In this document: positions 27,666 through 35,309 of the stretch, one piece after another
How positions within the stretch are numbered: the stretch's first letter is position 1
Layout: every line of letters begins with the position of its first letter
Origin: a virus
IMG/VR virus record: IMGVR_UViG_3300045988_045243
Location: 1 to 36,559 of that record
Direction: 5' to 3' (one strand)
Length of the DNA: 36,559 bases
Made by a program: the position numbers and the translations under genes
Notes under the pieces: generated by a model
The model's database searches: none
What the model was told of the DNA's origin: nothing
Seen by the model: only the letters and a program-made list of their open reading frames with translations

Positions 27666-28438
27666 AGATAGTAAGCGGAAAGACCGGAACGCCACATGTG
27701 ACATCGGAGCAGTTCCGGCAGATCATAGAGGGAACCGTCGGGCAGGGAAGTTATATTTTGACATCCGGAGAGAACCTAGAACCGGAGTTAGCATCTAACA
27801 ATATGCTTAAGATTAGAGGCGGAATGATGTCACATCATGGGAACGTGTCTTGTGTGGAACTTAACACATACGACGAGGTAACGCTCACGAACGGAAGCCA
27901 AGGGGTGAAGAGAATTGACCTTGTTGTGAACCGATACACAAGAAACGATGAAACGGGGCTTGAGAAAAATGAGTGGATAGTAATCATTGGTACGCCGGAT
28001 GCATCTAGTCCGAAAGTACCGCAGCATACCATTGGCAATCTGCAGAATGGAGATTTGATTGATGATTGCCCAGTATTTGAGGTGCATTATGATGGGATCA
28101 ATGTCACAGAGGTTAAAAAGTTACTTCCAGTGATGAGTAATTTGGACTTACTAAATGGCAATATCATATCCGCAGAACACAAAGATATTGGCATACATGC
28201 TGTTAATGCAGGATCGTATACAGATATTGCTGTAGATCTTAAGCAATTTGGAATGAGTAAGATTGTATCTGTAATCCCAATTATGCAAGGTCGTAGTTCA
28301 TCATCGAGTTATGGCCTCTTAACATTGGGACTGTATGAGTTTAATCAAAACACAGCGACACTTAGAGCATTCAATGCTGATGGGGTAAAAAGGGAGCCGC
28401 GTATTAATGTGTGTGTAATCGGCTTTAAACAGCAATAA
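27662..28438 (+). CDS. Distal tail / putative receptor-binding protein, currently expressed form (constant part residues 1-166 plus variable C-terminus A)
   Basis: Last gene of the tail operon. It carries the left inverted repeat in codons D162-L-L-N-G-N167. Confidence 0.7.
   Translation: MKIVSGKTGTPHVTSEQFRQIIEGTVGQGSYILTSGENLEPELASNNMLKIRGGMMSHHGNVSCVELNTYDEVTLTNGSQGVKRIDLVVNRYTRNDETGLEKNEWIVIIGTPDASSPKVPQHTIGNLQNGDLIDDCPVFEVHYDGINVTEVKKLLPVMSNLDLLNGNIISAEHKDIGIHAVNAGSYTDIAVDLKQFGMSKIVSVIPIMQGRSSSSSYGLLTLGLYEFNQNTATLRAFNADGVKREPRINVCVIGFKQQ
28146..28161. repeat. Left inverted repeat ACTTACTAAATGGCAA of the putative invertible segment
   Basis: Exact reverse complement of 28762..28777, checked base by base. 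Confidence 0.95.
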
Positions 28439-28777
28439 TTTTTCTCAGCCCAAATCTTTTATTTTGGGTGTTAGAATTAGTCGTCTGACCAACAATTTTA
28501 TCGTTATGGATGTACAAATATTTTTGGCTCCAAGTATTCCAGAAAAGGTTAAATTGATGCCCATCTCCCGGTCGGCTTTCGACAAGAGTCTTTGGAACAA
28601 AACAACTATGCCAAGCGTAATCTTGTGCTTTTTCGTTCTCCACAAACGAGAAAACCAAAACAATTCCGCTTTTGGTTTGGTCTATAGGTGTGGATAATTT
28701 AACCTCTTGTCCGCCTTGCATATAAAGAAATCCATCCCATAAAGTATTTTGTTCTTTTATTTTGCCATTTAGTAAGT
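28425..28777 (-). CDS. Start-less, promoter-less alternative C-terminal cassette B for the tail protein
   Basis: Hand translation: YLLNGKIKEQNTLWDGFLYMQGGQEVKLS...NKRFGLRKIIAV. Protein-like composition, open for about 117 codons. There is no ATG/GTG/TTG between the repeat and Met54. Its stop overlaps the stop of 27662..28438 tail-to-tail by 14 nt. Confidence 0.65.
28762..28777. repeat. Right inverted repeat (TTGCCATTTAGTAAGT on the + strand)
   Basis: Reverse complement of 28146..28161. It lies in codons L-L-N-G-K of the minus-strand ORF, in the same frame phase as the left copy. Confidence 0.95.
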
Positions 28778-28798
28778 AAAAATGTAACTCGTCAACCA

Positions 28799-28823
28799 GA
28801 GAGCCATAGTGGCTCTCGTTTTT
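28799..28823 (+). terminator. Rho-independent terminator just outside the invertible segment
   Basis: GAGAGCCA-tag-TGGCTCTC followed by GTTTTTA. Confidence 0.7.
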
Positions 28824-28854
28824 ATGTGTGCGACATCGCACAGAAAGGAGTAAT

Positions 28855-29529
28855 ATGAAAATTATATTCAACGATGCCACGGAACTACAGGTACAAAAGG
28901 TTGAGCAAAAAGGCGACTATCTTCGCGTTTTAACCGTGTCGGCAACACCGGAGCAGTTGAGAAGAATCTTTGAAGATATAGTAAAAACCGCAACTATGGT
29001 AGTAGAAGAGCGTGGACAAAAAGGAGAGCCACTTGTAGGATATACGACATTCTATCGTACGGAAGAGTATCCGGGGAAAATTTATGGAATTGTACAGTAC
29101 CGACCAGAAAGAACTCCAGAAGCACAGACAGAAGTGCAAGAAGCTGCAATCATAATGGCGAAGATACAGGCGGAAAGCCTTCCAGAGGAACAGGCATTAC
29201 AGGTTAAAGCTCTGTACGATTCATGGAGCGGAGATGGAGTTGCTTATAAAACAGGTAAATATCTTACATATAAAGATATCTTGTACAAGGTACTTCAAAA
29301 TCATACATCTCAGACCGACTGGACACCGGACACAGCTTCCAGTCTATACGCAAAGGTACTTACAGATCCATCCGGGAAGGTGCTGCCTTGGGAGCAGCCA
29401 CAAAGCACCAATCCATATAAAAAAGGAGATCGAGTAACCCACAAGGGAAAAACTTGGGAGTCTTTGGTGGATAGTAATGTCTGGGAACCGGGAGCGGTTG
29501 GAACGGAAAGCCTATGGAAAGAAGTATAA
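28855..29529 (+). CDS. Tail/host-recognition accessory protein with two C-terminal CBM5/12-like carbohydrate-binding repeats
   Basis: ATG at 28855 follows GAAAGGAG. The repeats are AYKTGKYLTYKDILYKVLQNHTSQTDWTPD..SLYAKV and PYKKGDRVTHKGKTWESLVDSNVWEPG..SLWKEV. Confidence 0.6.
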   Translation: MKIIFNDATELQVQKVEQKGDYLRVLTVSATPEQLRRIFEDIVKTATMVVEERGQKGEPLVGYTTFYRTEEYPGKIYGIVQYRPERTPEAQTEVQEAAIIMAKIQAESLPEEQALQVKALYDSWSGDGVAYKTGKYLTYKDILYKVLQNHTSQTDWTPDTASSLYAKVLTDPSGKVLPWEQPQSTNPYKKGDRVTHKGKTWESLVDSNVWEPGAVGTESLWKEV

Positions 29530-29546
29530 GAAAGGAAAAATAATCT

Positions 29547-29855
29547 ATGGATACACCAATTGATAGAGCAGAGCACCTAGAGTTTGCAAAGCGAATGGAA
29601 GATGAGCATAAGCGCATCAACCACCGTCTTACGGACTTGGAAGAAACCGTGCGCCAGATAGGGGAACTGACTACCAGTGTGCACAGCTTAGCACAGAGTG
29701 TGGAGCAGTTGGTTAAGTCCCAGAACCGACAGGAGAGCCGGTTGGAAGAACTGGAAAACAGGGACGGTGACACATGGCGCAAGGTTAAGTGGTACTTATT
29801 AACATTAGCGATCGGAGCAGTGTTTGGGCTTTTGGTCGCACAGATTGGATTGTAG
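29547..29855 (+). CDS. xhlA: XhlA-family lysis-associated membrane protein
   Basis: Coiled-coil N-terminus (RLTDLEETV..RLEELENR) and a single C-terminal TM segment, directly upstream of the holin. Confidence 0.7.
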   Translation: MDTPIDRAEHLEFAKRMEDEHKRINHRLTDLEETVRQIGELTTSVHSLAQSVEQLVKSQNRQESRLEELENRDGDTWRKVKWYLLTLAIGAVFGLLVAQIGL

Positions 29856-29871
29856 AAAGGAAGAATGAATT

Positions 29872-30204
29872 ATGAACATGGAAATTTTAATGCAGTATGT
29901 AATGTATATGCTGGCAGGTATCGGAGTACTTGCCTTTTTTGTAAGCGTAGTGGTGCAGGTAGTGAAAGAAATGCCTGGATTGAATAAAATCCAGACGAAT
30001 GTAGTTGCACTTGCGGCATCGATTGTGATTACGCCGATTGCCGTGGTTATTTTATGTATGTATTTTGGAATTGTGATTACGTGGCAATATGTTTTCGCAT
30101 CTATATTAGCGGCATTTGTGGTATATCTTGTATCAACTGGAGGTTGGGAAAAGGTTTCGAAGATGTGGGATCGTAGCAAGTATAATAAGAAAAATCAGTT
30201 GTAG
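29872..30204 (+). CDS. Holin
   Basis: 110 aa with three hydrophobic segments and a charged C-terminus (DRSKYNKKNQ). It sits between xhlA and the endolysin. Confidence 0.75.
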   Translation: MNMEILMQYVMYMLAGIGVLAFFVSVVVQVVKEMPGLNKIQTNVVALAASIVITPIAVVILCMYFGIVITWQYVFASILAAFVVYLVSTGGWEKVSKMWDRSKYNKKNQL

Positions 30205-30230
30205 AGGACGAGCAATCGTCCTCTTCTTAT
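30203..30230 (+). terminator. Hairpin/terminator after the holin gene
   Basis: AGAGGACG-agcaat-CGTCCTCT followed by TCTTAT, a weak T-run. Confidence 0.4.
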
Positions 30231-30249
30231 ATAGAAAAGGAGAATTATT

Positions 30250-30924
30250 ATGGCTAAAGTATTTTTAAGCGCCGGACATGGTGGAAGTGATCCGGGAGCA
30301 GTAGCTTACGGAATGAAAGAGAAAGACATTAACTTGCAGATCATGCTTGCCTGTCATAATGAGCTGGTAAGACATGGAGTGACAGTTGTATGCAGTAGAA
30401 CCAAAGACGAAAACGATCCAGTGTCGCAAGAAGTAAAAGAGGCGAATGCGTGTGGAGCTTCTGTGGCAGTTTCTTTCCATACAAACGCTGGGAAAGGTGA
30501 TGGCTCAGAAAGCTATTACTATGCTACAAGCGCAAAAGGGAAGAAGTTAGCGCAGTATTGCGAAGAAGAAACTAAGAAAATCGGGCAGAATTCCAGAGGG
30601 GTTAAGACGAAGAATCTTGCCTTTACCAGAGGCACGAAGATGGTGGCTGTACTGTGCGAGTGTGCATTTATCGACAATGACAAGGACAACGACATCATCG
30701 ACACCGTGGCAGAGCAAAAAGCCTTTGGTATTGCCTATGCAAAAGCTATCTTGAGATATCTTGGTATTGCATATAAGAGTCAAAGTTCAAGTGGCAGTGC
30801 TGGTTCAAGCTCTGGCGCATTGTACCGAGTACAGGTTGGAGCATTTGGCAGCAAGAAAAACGCAGAGAAGCTTGCTGCCGAATTAAAGGCAAAAGGATAT
30901 TCTGTTATTATCAAACAGTACTAA
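30250..30924 (+). CDS. Endolysin: N-acetylmuramoyl-L-alanine amidase (Amidase_3) with a C-terminal SPOR domain
   Basis: N-terminal VFLSAGHGGSDPGA...SFHTNAG...E (zinc amidase pattern). A Ser/Gly linker leads to YRVQVGAFGSKKNAEKLAAELKAKGY (SPOR). Confidence 0.85.
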   Translation: MAKVFLSAGHGGSDPGAVAYGMKEKDINLQIMLACHNELVRHGVTVVCSRTKDENDPVSQEVKEANACGASVAVSFHTNAGKGDGSESYYYATSAKGKKLAQYCEEETKKIGQNSRGVKTKNLAFTRGTKMVAVLCECAFIDNDKDNDIIDTVAEQKAFGIAYAKAILRYLGIAYKSQSSSGSAGSSSGALYRVQVGAFGSKKNAEKLAAELKAKGYSVIIKQY

Positions 30925-30928
30925 AAAT

Positions 30929-30954
30929 TCCCGACAGCCTAAAAACTGTCGGGA
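30929..30954 (-). terminator. Hairpin terminator between the convergent endolysin and integrase genes
   Basis: TCCCGACAG-N8-CTGTCGGGA. On the minus strand it is followed by ATTTTTA. Confidence 0.55.
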
Positions 30955-31016
30955 GTACTATAGAAATTGTACTAAAAAGTTCGCTCCAAACGGAGCAATA
31001 AACTTAGTACAAGACA

Positions 31017-32408
31017 CTACAAAAAGTCAACACTTTCTACCGTGTAATTTTCATTCAAATGAATTTCTTCTATGGTAGATCTCCAGAATGTGCGCCGATT
31101 TTCCGGTGTTAATTGTTCATATATTTTCTTGAAATCGGAGCGCAGGAGTTCTTCCAGATATGTAAAATCTTTTTCGGCTTCCGGATGGATAGCGGAAAGC
31201 TCTTTCAGTTCTTTTTCAATCCGGTCATATTCAGCACTGTAATATTCCCATGTGATGCGGTCCTTCTGGAAGAGTAGATTTAAGCGATCCAGTTCTTTGT
31301 TTAGCTTTTCTGGTGTTCGTGTATCTTTCATTTTCTTTTTCTGTTCGCAGATCTTCGTATATCGAATCTGATATTTCTTATATTCTTCTGATAAATTTTC
31401 AAGTAGATATTTTTCGATGAGGTTTTGACTGACTCGGTGTCGGCTGGTACATAACCGATCAAGGATGGCACGGTTGCAGCGATAATAGCAATAGGTCCGC
31501 TTTTCTTTTGTCTTCCGGTTTATGATAGAAGAGCAGCCAGTACCGGCTAGTTTTTGTCCGCATACTGGACACCTTATCAGCCCGCTGAATAAGTAGATTC
31601 TTCCGGATGGAGTCTGCTTTATGTTTTTTCTAGAAAGCTCTTGAAGCTGAAGCCATTCCTGTTCCGTGATATAAGCTGGGCAGTAGGGGATGCCACGGTA
31701 GGTGCCTTTGTAAAATTCACTTGATACCATAGTGCGTAGCATACTATAAGAGAAATCTGGATAATAATGCTTCTGCATATATCTTACAGTTTCCGATTTA
31801 TTCTGGTGAGTGAGCAGATATTTGAAAAAAGCTTCGGTGGCTTCTTCCGTTTCCGGATCTTTGATCATTCGCTTCACACCATCCACAACACCGGACTTAT
31901 AACCAAACCCCATGTTAGCCTCTCCGAAAATTAATTTGCCTTGCCGGATAGATGCCTCATTTACAAATTTAATACGCTCAGAAGTAGTATCTACTTCATT
32001 TTGACCAATAGACAAGACAACATTAAGCTGCAGTCGTCCGTCTCTGGTTTCCATGTTGATACCCGGCTCGGATGCAGACAGCCAATGTACGTCATATTCG
32101 TCAAGGATGTCCTGTACTTTGTAGAAATCGGAGAGATTACGAAACCACCGATCAAGACGCCAGAAGAGTATAATATCAATTTTCCCGGCTTTTACATCTT
32201 CAAGCAGTGCGTGAATAGCCTTACGCTTTTTTAGTTCCTTACGGGCAGTTTTGCCCTCATCAGCATAGATCCCTACAACGATCATATTATGTTCTTTGGC
32301 GTAACGTTCTAAATATTCCCGTTGAGCTTCCAGAGACTTTCCGTGCATCATTTGCTCTGATGTGCTGACACGGATATAGATTGCGCAGCGTTTTATTTTT
32401 TCTGACAT
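31017..32408 (-). CDS. int: Large serine recombinase (phage integrase)
   Basis: N-terminal resolvase catalytic motif CAIYIRVSTSEQ, a recombinase domain, a zinc ribbon CPVCGQKL...YYRC and a C-terminal coiled coil. 463 aa. Confidence 0.9.
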   Translation of the reverse strand: MSEKIKRCAIYIRVSTSEQMMHGKSLEAQREYLERYAKEHNMIVVGIYADEGKTARKELKKRKAIHALLEDVKAGKIDIILFWRLDRWFRNLSDFYKVQDILDEYDVHWLSASEPGINMETRDGRLQLNVVLSIGQNEVDTTSERIKFVNEASIRQGKLIFGEANMGFGYKSGVVDGVKRMIKDPETEEATEAFFKYLLTHQNKSETVRYMQKHYYPDFSYSMLRTMVSSEFYKGTYRGIPYCPAYITEQEWLQLQELSRKNIKQTPSGRIYLFSGLIRCPVCGQKLAGTGCSSIINRKTKEKRTYCYYRCNRAILDRLCTSRHRVSQNLIEKYLLENLSEEYKKYQIRYTKICEQKKKMKDTRTPEKLNKELDRLNLLFQKDRITWEYYSAEYDRIEKELKELSAIHPEAEKDFTYLEELLRSDFKKIYEQLTPENRRTFWRSTIEEIHLNENYTVESVDFL

Positions 32409-32582
32409 GCAGCATCACCTTCCTTTTGTATGGTATGTAAAAATGGGTACAAAAATAACAGCCAGCATGGAACGAGTGTTCCGCTTGCGTAGGCTGCCCG
32501 AAGATGATACAATATTTTTGTTGAATTGGTGTATATCTTCGGATATATTCCAGAGCCGTTCCTGTTGGCGCAGGGGCGGTTC

Positions 32583-32610
32583 TTGACTTTTACGGTACAT
32601 TTGCTATAAT
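32583..32610 (+). promoter_or_regulatory. Near-consensus sigma-A promoter with an extended -10
   Basis: TTGACT, 16-nt spacer, TGcTATAAT. No credible ORF follows it. Confidence 0.45.
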
Positions 32611-32616
32611 GTACTT

Positions 32617-32727
32617 AACAAGACAACTGGGAAAGATGGGTGCACTCCATCCGACCCGGGCAAATAATTAAGTTACTATTGAAATAGTCGTCCTATTCTT
32701 TGTCAGGGAGCAGGACGGCTATTTTCT
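32617..32727 (+). ncRNA. Putative sRNA of about 110 nt, convergent with the small toxin ORF (candidate type I antitoxin)
   Basis: It is bounded by the promoter above and by a hairpin (CGTCCT..AGGACG, 32689..32717) followed by CTATTTTCT. The only ORF is 11 codons with a poor RBS. Confidence 0.3.
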
Positions 32728-32802
32728 ATGTGTAAAAGTCAGAATTGCTATAAGTAAATTGCAAGCTGTCAAAAGTATCATGAACTCTTCGTAAGTACTC
32801 AT
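32719..32802 (-). CDS. 27-aa hydrophobic peptide, holin-like toxin (Hol-Tox / type I toxin-like)
   Basis: Hand translation: MSTYEEFMILLTACNLLIAILTFTHRK. Strong RBS GGAAGAGGTGGTG. The MSTYE...hydrophobic...basic-tail pattern resembles 'putative holin-like toxin' peptides of Firmicutes. Confidence 0.5.
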   Translation of the reverse strand: MSTYEEFMILLTACNLLIAILTFTHRK

Positions 32803-32886
32803 AGACACCACCTCTTCCGTAAGACTCCGGAACAGATGGAAAGCTGTCCTTCCCAGTTGTCTGGGTAAATGCATTATTTAATTGTT

Positions 32887-32910
32887 CCCCTGCCCGCTGT
32901 GGAGCAGGGG
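32887..32910 (-). terminator. Hairpin downstream of the HNH gene
   Basis: CCCCTGC-N10-GCAGGGG. The T-run on the minus strand is weak. Confidence 0.35.
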
Positions 32911-32919
32911 TGGATATAG

Positions 32920-33888
32920 CTAATAGAGTTTAGAGCCTTTCTTTCGATTACAACGCCAACAAAGCGTTTGTAAATTATCCTCAGTAGTTAAACCACCTTT
33001 AGAAACAGGGACTATATGGTCAATTTCTAATAAGAGGTTTGGTTCTTGCCTTATAGAAGCACCGCATTGTTTACAAGTAAAATTATCGCGTTCTTTAATT
33101 TGTTGGCGGAGCTTGCTGGTCATTAGCGCACGCTGACCAGCAGCGCTTTTTTTGAATTTAATTTTTTCAGATAAAAATAAAATGAATCTGTTTAGATTAT
33201 CTGGATCCATAACAACGTCACACTTTGTGGCAGCGTTACCACCAGAACTTGTATACTGAAACACATATCTTGGGAAATATGCTGTACTCATATCTACTTG
33301 TTTAAAGCCAAGATTTTGCTCTAGTTTTTGTTTACTAAACTTTTTAATGAGTGTTGGGACTTCATTCTGTATGCTATCTAAAATTTTCTTTTTTTCATCG
33401 TTTAAATGTTTTTTTCCTTCTTCAGCTGCTTCAAAATTGTTCAAAACATTTTCAAAACTTGACAAATCTTCTTCTGTAGCTTTTATTCCAAAGTACTTAC
33501 ATATATACTCAAATGGTTTTTTTCGAGCATTATCACAAACAGTACGAGAGCAGTTGTGTATGTTCGGCGCATATTCTTGATTTTTCAAGTATTTTCTTTG
33601 ATAATTCCAGCTACTTGCATCTTTGTAATTTGCATTTCCATAGTCTGTTTTATCAGAAATAAGGCTAGTGTGTTTAAGGTCTTCGATATGCTGGTTCAGA
33701 TCGTTGCAATCGTCAATATAATTTGTTATTTTTTGTTTTATTTCCAAGAACGAAGAGCTTTTGTAGTAGTAAATTTCATATGCTTTCCAAGCGATATATA
33801 CCAGTGCTGCAATCAAAAATAATGGCCATATTGCGCTAAACAAAGATACAATTAAACACAAAACGATTATTCCTAAAATGATTTCCAT
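32920..33888 (-). CDS. Membrane-anchored HNH endonuclease-domain protein (candidate defence/exclusion gene)
   Basis: Two N-terminal TM helices (IILGIIVLCLIVSLFSAIWPLFLIAALVYIAW) and a central region of about 230 aa of unknown function. The C-terminal HNH motif is CKQCG...EIDHIVPVSKGG..NLQTLCWRCNRKKG. One 60-nt line counted by hand gave 23% GC. Confidence 0.8.
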   Translation of the reverse strand: MEIILGIIVLCLIVSLFSAIWPLFLIAALVYIAWKAYEIYYYKSSSFLEIKQKITNYIDDCNDLNQHIEDLKHTSLISDKTDYGNANYKDASSWNYQRKYLKNQEYAPNIHNCSRTVCDNARKKPFEYICKYFGIKATEEDLSSFENVLNNFEAAEEGKKHLNDEKKKILDSIQNEVPTLIKKFSKQKLEQNLGFKQVDMSTAYFPRYVFQYTSSGGNAATKCDVVMDPDNLNRFILFLSEKIKFKKSAAGQRALMTSKLRQQIKERDNFTCKQCGASIRQEPNLLLEIDHIVPVSKGGLTTEDNLQTLCWRCNRKKGSKLY

Positions 33889-33920
33889 AGTTTCTTCCTC
33901 TCTTTCCTCTTTTGACCGAC

Positions 33921-34391
33921 CTACATTGAGAAATCTATCCTACCAACATTTAAGTTGGGGATGAACATAATATAATAATTATCCAGCGTGGTTCCGACGC
34001 CGTATTTGTTGCGGTAACATGCCAAGCATTCTTCCAGAAATTCTTCTGTTACTTCTAGGTATTCAGCAATTTCGAATCTGCTCTGGCATCCATGCTCGAA
34101 CGCTTCGATGATACCGGACAGCCCAATCAGCTTATTGTAAGCCCACAAGCGTGCTTGACGTTCCTGTTTTCGGTTTCCGGTCAAATCCATGTCTAAGATA
34201 TTTCCGACAGAAGTGTGATGGTGACCGAGCTCTTCAGCTAGAGTGCAAGCCTTTTTCTTGGATGTCTCTATATCTTTTCTAATACCTATTTTATTTCCTT
34301 TTATACGCCCATCACTAGAGCGTAGCGGGAGTTCCTTCACTTTAAGCCCTGTATCGTTTGCTTCATCTAAAAGTGCTTCGTAATTGTTCAT
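33921..34391 (-). CDS. ImmA/IrrE-family metallopeptidase
   Basis: LAEELGHHH zinc-binding-like motif. The gene is immediately downstream of the XRE repressor. ATG at 34391 follows GGAGGTG. Confidence 0.75.
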   Translation of the reverse strand: MNNYEALLDEANDTGLKVKELPLRSSDGRIKGNKIGIRKDIETSKKKACTLAEELGHHHTSVGNILDMDLTGNRKQERQARLWAYNKLIGLSGIIEAFEHGCQSRFEIAEYLEVTEEFLEECLACYRNKYGVGTTLDNYYIMFIPNLNVGRIDFSM

Positions 34392-34444
34392 CGTATAACA
34401 CCTCCGATGCAAGTTTAGCATATTAGATGGTCAATAATTAGGAC

Positions 34445-34930
34445 TTACCACTCACCGTCCATTAAGTCGTCATCGTGCTTACGCATTTCATCCGTGACTT
34501 CGATGTCAGTGCGTTCGTGGGCTGCCTGAACTTCTAAATCAGTTTCCATATTTTGTAAAGATAAAAGTTGATCGATATAGTTGTCAGCTTTCTTGCGGTT
34601 TATTTCAAATAATCGAAGATATTTAATGAAATGATTTTTTTCACTTGGAGACAAAGAAGATATGTTCTCTATGGTTTCAAATAGATTGGCATTTGAGAAT
34701 ATATTTCCTATATCTTCATCAGTTACAGGCTCCCACCCCATTAAATATGACGGTGTAGTTTCAAGAGCTTTTGCAAAGGCAATAATTTTTGATTGTGGTA
34801 AATCTACAAGCCCTTTTTCTATTTTTGCTATCATACTCTTATCAGCGTATCCCATTTTGTCAGCTAATTCTGATTGAGTTAAATGTAACTCGGTTCTTCT
34901 TTCTTTTATGTTCTTATATAATTGAAGCAT
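34445..34930 (-). CDS. XRE-family HTH repressor (CI-like)
   Basis: HTH LTQSELADKMGYADKSMIAKIEKG. It is divergent from the Cro-like gene. Confidence 0.85.
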   Translation of the reverse strand: MLQLYKNIKERRTELHLTQSELADKMGYADKSMIAKIEKGLVDLPQSKIIAFAKALETTPSYLMGWEPVTDEDIGNIFSNANLFETIENISSLSPSEKNHFIKYLRLFEINRKKADNYIDQLLSLQNMETDLEVQAAHERTDIEVTDEMRKHDDDLMDGEW

Positions 34931-34950
34931 TTCGATACCTCCTTAAACTC

Positions 34951-34979
34951 ATAATATCATAGGATAGAAAATAATTCAA
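34951..34979 (-). promoter_or_regulatory. Candidate repressor promoter
   Basis: On the minus strand: TTGAAT, 17 nt, TATTAT. The -35 element overlaps operator copy 1. Confidence 0.4.
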
Positions 34980-35040
34980 CATTTTTGTGAAAAATGGTTG
35001 ACACAAATTCAACAGGATGTTATAGTAATGGTGTTGAATT
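34973..35040. promoter_or_regulatory. Three 9-bp operator-like sites AATTCAACA (34973, 35006) and inverted TGTTGAATT (35032)
   Basis: Exact 9-mers read directly from the sequence. They overlap both divergent promoters. Confidence 0.5.
34998..35026 (+). promoter_or_regulatory. Candidate early lytic promoter
   Basis: TTGACA, 17 nt, TATAGT. Confidence 0.5.
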
Positions 35041-35067
35041 TAATGCAACATAGAAAGGAGGATGAAA

Positions 35068-35283
35068 ATGCCGGATGTTATTCTTTTAAAAGAAAAAATC
35101 AAAGAGAGTGGAATGACAGTTAAGGCCATTGCGGAGAAGAGTGGAATTCTTAGAGAAACGCTTTATAATCGCTTAAAAGGCAATGGCGAATTTACAGCTT
35201 CTGAGATTGTTTCTCTTACAAGAGTTTTAAATCTTTCTATTTCTGAAAGAGACAAAATTTTTTTAAACGAAAAGTTGAATTAA
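35068..35283 (+). CDS. Cro-like / DUF739-type HTH protein
   Basis: ATG at 35068 follows AAAGGAGG. The sequence is LLKEKIKESGMTVKAIAEKSGILRETLYNRLKG.GEFTASEIVSLTRVLNL. Confidence 0.7.
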   Translation: MPDVILLKEKIKESGMTVKAIAEKSGILRETLYNRLKGNGEFTASEIVSLTRVLNLSISERDKIFLNEKLN

Positions 35284-35309
35284 ATGACACATTTGGGGAA
35301 GGAGGAAAC

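Noticed and set aside
28464-28697. 77-aa + strand ORF inside the invertible segment
   Set aside because: It lies antisense to the protein-like cassette B, has no RBS and has poor composition. It is probably spurious.
28778-28880. N-terminal extension of the minus-strand tail cassette ORF back to a GTG at 28880
   Set aside because: No RBS is present. The stretch runs antisense through the + strand terminator hairpin and through the RBS and start of gene 28855..29529. It is better explained as chance open frame outside the right inverted repeat.
30925-31016. Possible attP core (AGTAC-N10-GTACT at 30955..30974) between the endolysin and the integrase
   Set aside because: It is a short palindrome in a region already explained by terminator hairpins. 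No host junction sequence is available to test it.
32415-32600. 61-aa minus-strand ORF upstream of the integrase
   Set aside because: It has no RBS and arginine/serine-rich junk-like composition. The region more likely contains the int promoter and possibly attP. It includes a GGAAC-gagt-GTTCC palindrome at 32469..32482, but I cannot establish attP without the bacterial attB.
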